NCBI GenBank assembly: GCA_045635805.1
Contig: JAZTWI010000001.1
Span: forward strand, 213,627 to 277,626
Source: Clostridia bacterium
GTDB lineage: Bacteria; Bacillota; Clostridia; Christensenellales; UBA1242
Length of the DNA stretch: 64,000 nucleotides
Direction: 5' to 3'
Shown here: positions 61,501 through 64,000 of the stretch, in pieces
How positions within the stretch are numbered: position 1 is the stretch's first letter
Layout: each line of letters opens with the position of its first letter
Notes under the pieces: generated by a model
Seen by the model: only the letters and a program-made list of their open reading frames with translations
Database searches by the model: none
Told to the model about the DNA's origin: nothing
Translations under genes and position numbers: made by a program

Positions 61501-64000
61501 TATAGAGAAGGTGGGAATAATACATACTTCTTAGAAGGCGATAGTATCCTAAAAGCAACAGGTGTAACTATTGGTTATGTAAAATTCAAACTAACACCAT
61601 ACTTAAAATTAGGTGATATATATCATGCAGATAAATATACCTGTGAAGATGGTACAGAAATAGAGTTCCAAAATCCTGATAAAACAGGTCAAAACGTTTA
61701 CGTTCTAAATAAAGGTGACTTAGATATAGCAAATGTTTATGTTCTAAGTATCAAGGCTAGGGCAATCTCTGTAGATAACACTACAAAAGTTGCAGGTATT
61801 TCATCAATGAAACACTTTGACTTTGTTTCAACTATAGAGACTAGTAATGTAGTTGAAGAAGTTGTTGGTGGTAAATCAGTATATAGTCTACTAGAAGATG
61901 TATATATTGATATTGGCCTTGCAGGTAGCAAGATTGATTATGTGAACTTAAAACGTATTGAGTTAGAAGGCTTGGTCTGGACTGAAGAAAATAAGGGCGA
62001 TACTTATTACTTCCATTATATGAAAAATGGTACAGACTTTACCCTTAAACCATATGTATTTGAATATGAACTAATTAATCTACAAGTTAATGGCTTTACA
62101 ATTATGAAAACAAATGTAAATCCAGAGACTAGAGAACATACATATAAAATTTCTCTAAATATGCATGTTTCCTTTGATAAAGAATTCTATCGTGCAAACG
62201 CTAGTAAGTACGACTTAAATGTAGTTAAGTTTAATATAAATGTAATTCCTTATACTAATTTACTTCTAGATGCTATGAATAGCAATGCTCCTTATGGACT
62301 AAAAAATCCTGCAGTTATGGACAAAACAGAAGTTAATATTATTCCTGCTAGTTTAACTGATATCTTTATGAATTACTATACTAGGGGAGAAGGATTACTA
62401 GGCAATACAGAGAATACATATCCTAGTGATAATGAATCTAATTTCATTGTTCCAGGTAGAGACGGACTACTAAAAATTACTTTAGCCGAAGAGTTTAATA
62501 ATAGTAGTTATGTAACAATTACTCTAGATAGAAAATATGCTGGATATGTAAAACTAGAGCAAATGGCTGGTGTGATTATCAGTTCTGGAAGTGAAAATAG
62601 TACAGAATTTGAGACATACCAAGAATTAGACTATGTTGACCCTGTAGAGACTAGTGAATACTTTGGCTTAAGACTACAGAAATTAACAAGTAACTCTAGT
62701 ACAGCTAGTTACTTCAATAATACATATTATGTAAAGGTAACATTAGCAGAAGCATCAGATTACTCAGACTTTATCTCTGATAATCCAGCTTATAATTTCA
62801 ATCCAATTGTAGAGATTAAGGCAACATCTTATACAATTGATGCTAGTGGTAATGTGAAAGAAACTCTAGATGAGCCTAGAGTAAAAGTTCTTACAATTAC
62901 CGAACTTCCATCTATTATTGCTCAAGTAGATGGCGAATCTATATTCTATATGGGTATGGGCGTTAAGAAAGAAATCGACATTAGATACAAGGGTTTATCA
63001 AACGATGTAATGATTTCAAGTAGTAATGATTATCTATATGTAGTAGATGAAAATGATGAAAAAGTAGCAAACCTTGACATTGATTACCTAGATAATGGTG
63101 GTAAGTACTATCTATGTCTTGCAGTTGATGCATATTATGATTCCGACCCTAAATACAGGTCACAATTATCAACCGTTACATTTACCGGAGAAGAATATGT
63201 TTGGGGTGTTCTTGAAACAACTAAATCTGAATTATGGGTAAATCCTGTAGAGTTTGAGATTACAGGTGTTAGGGTTCAAGAAACATTACTAAATGATGAG
63301 ACCGGTGAATTAGAAATGACTATCAACCATGGTCAGAGTGTAATCCTTAGATTAGACTTTGATTATGCAGATATCGAAGTTGCTATTGATAGTTCAAATA
63401 TCACTAGACACAAGGCTATGCTTGATACATATTACAGTAATGGTGAAGTAGGAGAGCAATTCTCACCTAAGCAATTAGTAGAGTACGCTCTAGCAGGAAC
63501 AACTGTAACTGTAGAACAGGGTGGTGTACAAGAGTACTTATCTAGGGGAATCCTAGAACTAAGTAAAATTACTTATTCGGGTAAAGATGAAAATCTAGAG
63601 CCTATTAATGAGTTTGGAAAAGTTTATGGTGGTATTGAACTATTAAACGATAGTTACAAGTCTAGTTATGACCCAGACACACTTGACCCTGTTGTAGAGA
63701 TATTATATACACTTATTAGGGGTGTATCTATATCTAGTGATGGACTACTTAGAATGTCAGTTCCTTATCATTATAATGAAGGTAAAGTAGTTGCTGGACC
63801 TAATTCTAATGGTCTATATTACGATGATTATGTTGAGTTCAGAGTAATCGTAAAGGATAATTCTTCTGATACTCATCCAACTCCAATTGAAAACGAATTA
63901 GACCTAAAGAACTATGCGGGAACAACAGGACACTATATCCTAGTTAATAATATTACACTAACCAATTGGGCTCCTATACCACTTACAGTGGATAGTCTAG
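55567..64000 (+). CDS. giant surface lipoprotein with GLUG-type beta-helix modules, 3' end outside window (at least 2,811 codons)
   Basis: Absent from the ORF track because it has no stop in the window. My hand translation from ATG 55567 to 63999 met no stop. GGAG lies 8 nt upstream. Signal is MRRKLLLLCLLICSIMGLWAC with lipobox Cys at 55627. Repeated VGGxxG motifs span 59290-60306. Confidence 0.8.
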   Translation, partial: MRRKLLLLCLLICSIMGLWACGSDPYQNLSLTVYCNDQVVADDAVINLNIKQEAVGVYSYEQVVLLVKVDDDDDETDRGITVSDGQGFVNTTTQFDPKSGITSIVVKANSYANTGNFSLKISTNEGNKERLIKFNIDLALENFTFKEDSLQVIGKGNSLSLKNVDDYIDFYPAATTQRDIKVELATLAPAGDGSVTHFVDGWLDGGNFSYLNDGKQFASIIDGTLTTYNSYDNGTGTMVKVAYPTQTISASMGSETLQQEVVVLKASFYLASEKEYIERFKVIPVIESCEQIEVFMNAQQGDSDEFAIPLSEAGYYEMVLIDPSFRENIFTSNLEYYIERELNFELSENFHVEADSTGESLPVNLVPITGENHFKVHAMKAGIYSHEFRIVHDDYPELFDQRVVVQFTVKDLPTDILINGSESVGVFTIYDYYANSKGERIDIDLNTKVGKYEYCIYTQEYEGILSVNLNTARSTENLVFANYIRDRYLLTTTVEGKAYTKFGQTDSFYLSHSFDVLPNVVLPLYIGVSINLCADSYYEAYSQSEIYEYFMNLLMNRRFYVQFQMGLRAFEFEGEDFHVDLTNDKYMTTGRPADAIPLCVLPEGQTIDSCLAKLEYDKSLINITEYKPAERNARTVIVAQCNNIRKEGTTAVRFLARNGVEGNVTVSTYMPTIYTMHTEENPVPLAITVNEKSSGYLYRISGNSTYEDFASHFDRLPMVGTSGVLGTYDSVHTLFGIVGNKIDISFQDFTYIEDIFKSYDITNKVKVSFNNDGYVTYSNGVLSLHRLVLDKDMPIIMTLKYTGGYEVLDENNKPVYQEVLVEHKVKIYIYSPLQGVSILSEKSADLYVYDSLSFFDRTAPDTSNVKTRDLSSNTIRASFSPSERNLGSAWNEEFGGYKPLTLVYTCGMLEEAVKDKNGKAVVIQSNMSGQDYPLYYKDIFEVVPAENESLIYTCQVRSRLSEDLIDWIKAYYGGISATNYKIQSFLDNYILDKDYSIVVNIFAGQFGKLSNINTITYTCCYASKINSLKLNVDDDGVYFDVRDGKQQSIIEYTIDNAECLNKEMIIIGGTTNHYTTKIEYGSGNTGKIVIDTIDNMVDGEIYSLTIIPKDNVSDYSAADGYTFYTDSLNQTIRIKIADGSKALPFEIKSTIDFKEMIEDIKRANTSLASDNSIKYYHYVLARDISLYGENLEIVDVMRNDKGTFSLSGKHTYSRNNEEVTTYNRIYSLTINRTLSTVEDHMYIGLFGQIGSNVSIENLSILNSKVMIETSQKVERAGEIYIGLVAGKLMGATLQSVSVSGSIKTQLDAPNTTLYVGGMVGLDDAVAGGVIKSRPESAIAGMVATSNNTMIEIELNGTIKEQNVGGVAGKISASSIQVLQVVSQIKSKSTAGIENIGGVVGLYAAKDRTMTGLQISPVIVIESRGSAVGNIGGIAGEFTAGTITNSKIYFTNLGDDYSQKEKIGIYVSGVENAAVGGLVGKADGTGADTRNLKYSYVRSFYNCDIQMGKYAGNIFVTDCLEAVVGGIIGSVNISTVVQSSYFDGDIMVDAAYAVLKDASGETADYYYPIAVGLMFGEIKAGNVKDSYGIGKLYYNLTTTVTDETVDPVKVTKTNEFVAVNTISGRDGIIGNTEYDGVDASILGKEYSSATINGVNFDKVYAVVNDLAHYFASGTLVVTVESMQKLIDDGVAVDTLSLFRELDYKLTTGEQDGIHTALDYQWFYNEKINLSSGHAYPILLSASGLAMYDLVPTSIGIIVNDENKNIFNISYTDDFAVRHNQMIMFVKKTAQGAYSSDYYEIMVDRSAGSEHATIKVTFNGESVDTYLVDIAIDDQIEIFLKDNNSVLELVNNRIYPRKEGVGTIEIRSYLDKTIKTTITVKVIASVDTIKMFEIVDTDRVELDDENIWANPTRSVVYIDEASNFEISACDSEGYQSTKEIGYILELLSYTETINVGTEEEPEEREIKINGSVVIDGVTYEYREGGNNTYFLEGDSILKATGVTIGYVKFKLTPYLKLGDIYHADKYTCEDGTEIEFQNPDKTGQNVYVLNKGDLDIANVYVLSIKARAISVDNTTKVAGISSMKHFDFVSTIETSNVVEEVVGGKSVYSLLEDVYIDIGLAGSKIDYVNLKRIELEGLVWTEENKGDTYYFHYMKNGTDFTLKPYVFEYELINLQVNGFTIMKTNVNPETREHTYKISLNMHVSFDKEFYRANASKYDLNVVKFNINVIPYTNLLLDAMNSNAPYGLKNPAVMDKTEVNIIPASLTDIFMNYYTRGEGLLGNTENTYPSDNESNFIVPGRDGLLKITLAEEFNNSSYVTITLDRKYAGYVKLEQMAGVIISSGSENSTEFETYQELDYVDPVETSEYFGLRLQKLTSNSSTASYFNNTYYVKVTLAEASDYSDFISDNPAYNFNPIVEIKATSYTIDASGNVKETLDEPRVKVLTITELPSIIAQVDGESIFYMGMGVKKEIDIRYKGLSNDVMISSSNDYLYVVDENDEKVANLDIDYLDNGGKYYLCLAVDAYYDSDPKYRSQLSTVTFTGEEYVWGVLETTKSELWVNPVEFEITGVRVQETLLNDETGELEMTINHGQSVILRLDFDYADIEVAIDSSNITRHKAMLDTYYSNGEVGEQFSPKQLVEYALAGTTVTVEQGGVQEYLSRGILELSKITYSGKDENLEPINEFGKVYGGIELLNDSYKSSYDPDTLDPVVEILYTLIRGVSISSDGLLRMSVPYHYNEGKVVAGPNSNGLYYDDYVEFRVIVKDNSSDTHPTPIENELDLKNYAGTTGHYILVNNITLTNWAPIPLTVDSL

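Noticed and set aside
4307-61931. Numerous track ORFs antisense to or out of frame with well-supported genes. Examples are 4307-4690, 6266-6619, 7193-7699, 12915-13292, 15185-15532, 16557-16871, 21966-22293, 25596-25877, 28729-29115, 39733-40005, 53878-54219, 54708-55127, 58047-58322, 59403-59894 and 61737-61931.
   Set aside because: Each lies entirely inside a gene with strong motif evidence on the other strand or frame. Their products are low-complexity Ser/Leu/Ile-rich sequences typical of antisense translation of AT-rich coding DNA. None has an RBS.
37490-64000. Diversity-generating retroelement, CRISPR array, exact tandem repeats or phase-variable homopolymer tracts associated with the giant genes.
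   Set aside because: The window contains no reverse transcriptase, no template/variable repeat pair and no regularly spaced direct repeats. I noticed no long homopolymer tract inside the 5' coding regions.

Overview
AT-rich, standard-genetic-code chromosome segment from a low-GC Firmicute. It is probably a Clostridia-type endospore-lineage organism, because yabP-yabQ-divIC, spoIIID, a SpoIIQ-like M23 protein and ylbJ are all present. Most of the window is conserved housekeeping synteny. This includes an ABC transporter, valS, ylbJ / ylbK-like patatin / tmcAL, pta-ackA, rpmF, plsX-rnc-smc-ftsY, ylxM-ffh-rpsP-KH-rimM-trmD-rbgA-rnhB-yraN, rplS, an IMPase, malQ and RNase R. There are four tRNA genes: Arg-ACG, Glu-UUC, elongator Met-CAU and initiator fMet. 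Many near-consensus sigma-A promoters (TTGACA/TTGAAA-17-TATAAT) and hairpin+T-run terminators can be read directly. Five things stand out. (1) Two giant surface-protein genes occupy about 30% of the window. One is a 3,612-codon signal-peptide plus C-terminal-TM protein on the minus strand (37490-48328). The other is an open-ended lipoprotein gene of at least 2,811 codons with GLUG-type modules (55567 to the window end). The ORF track misses the second gene entirely because it has no stop in the window. (2) A Rho homologue has lost its Walker A and B motifs and its C-terminal end. (3) Two tandem paralogous glycine/alanine-zipper small membrane proteins, each with its own promoter and terminator, are wedged between rpmF and plsX. 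(4) A 135-nt tRNA-Arg-derived tRNA-like element lies beside the real tRNA-Arg and an AT-rich orphan gene. (5) plsX abuts rnc with no fab genes between them, and acpP sits alone elsewhere. I saw no CRISPR array, IS element, integrase, phage module or recognisable defence or toxin system. All functional calls come from manual motif reading, not from database searches.
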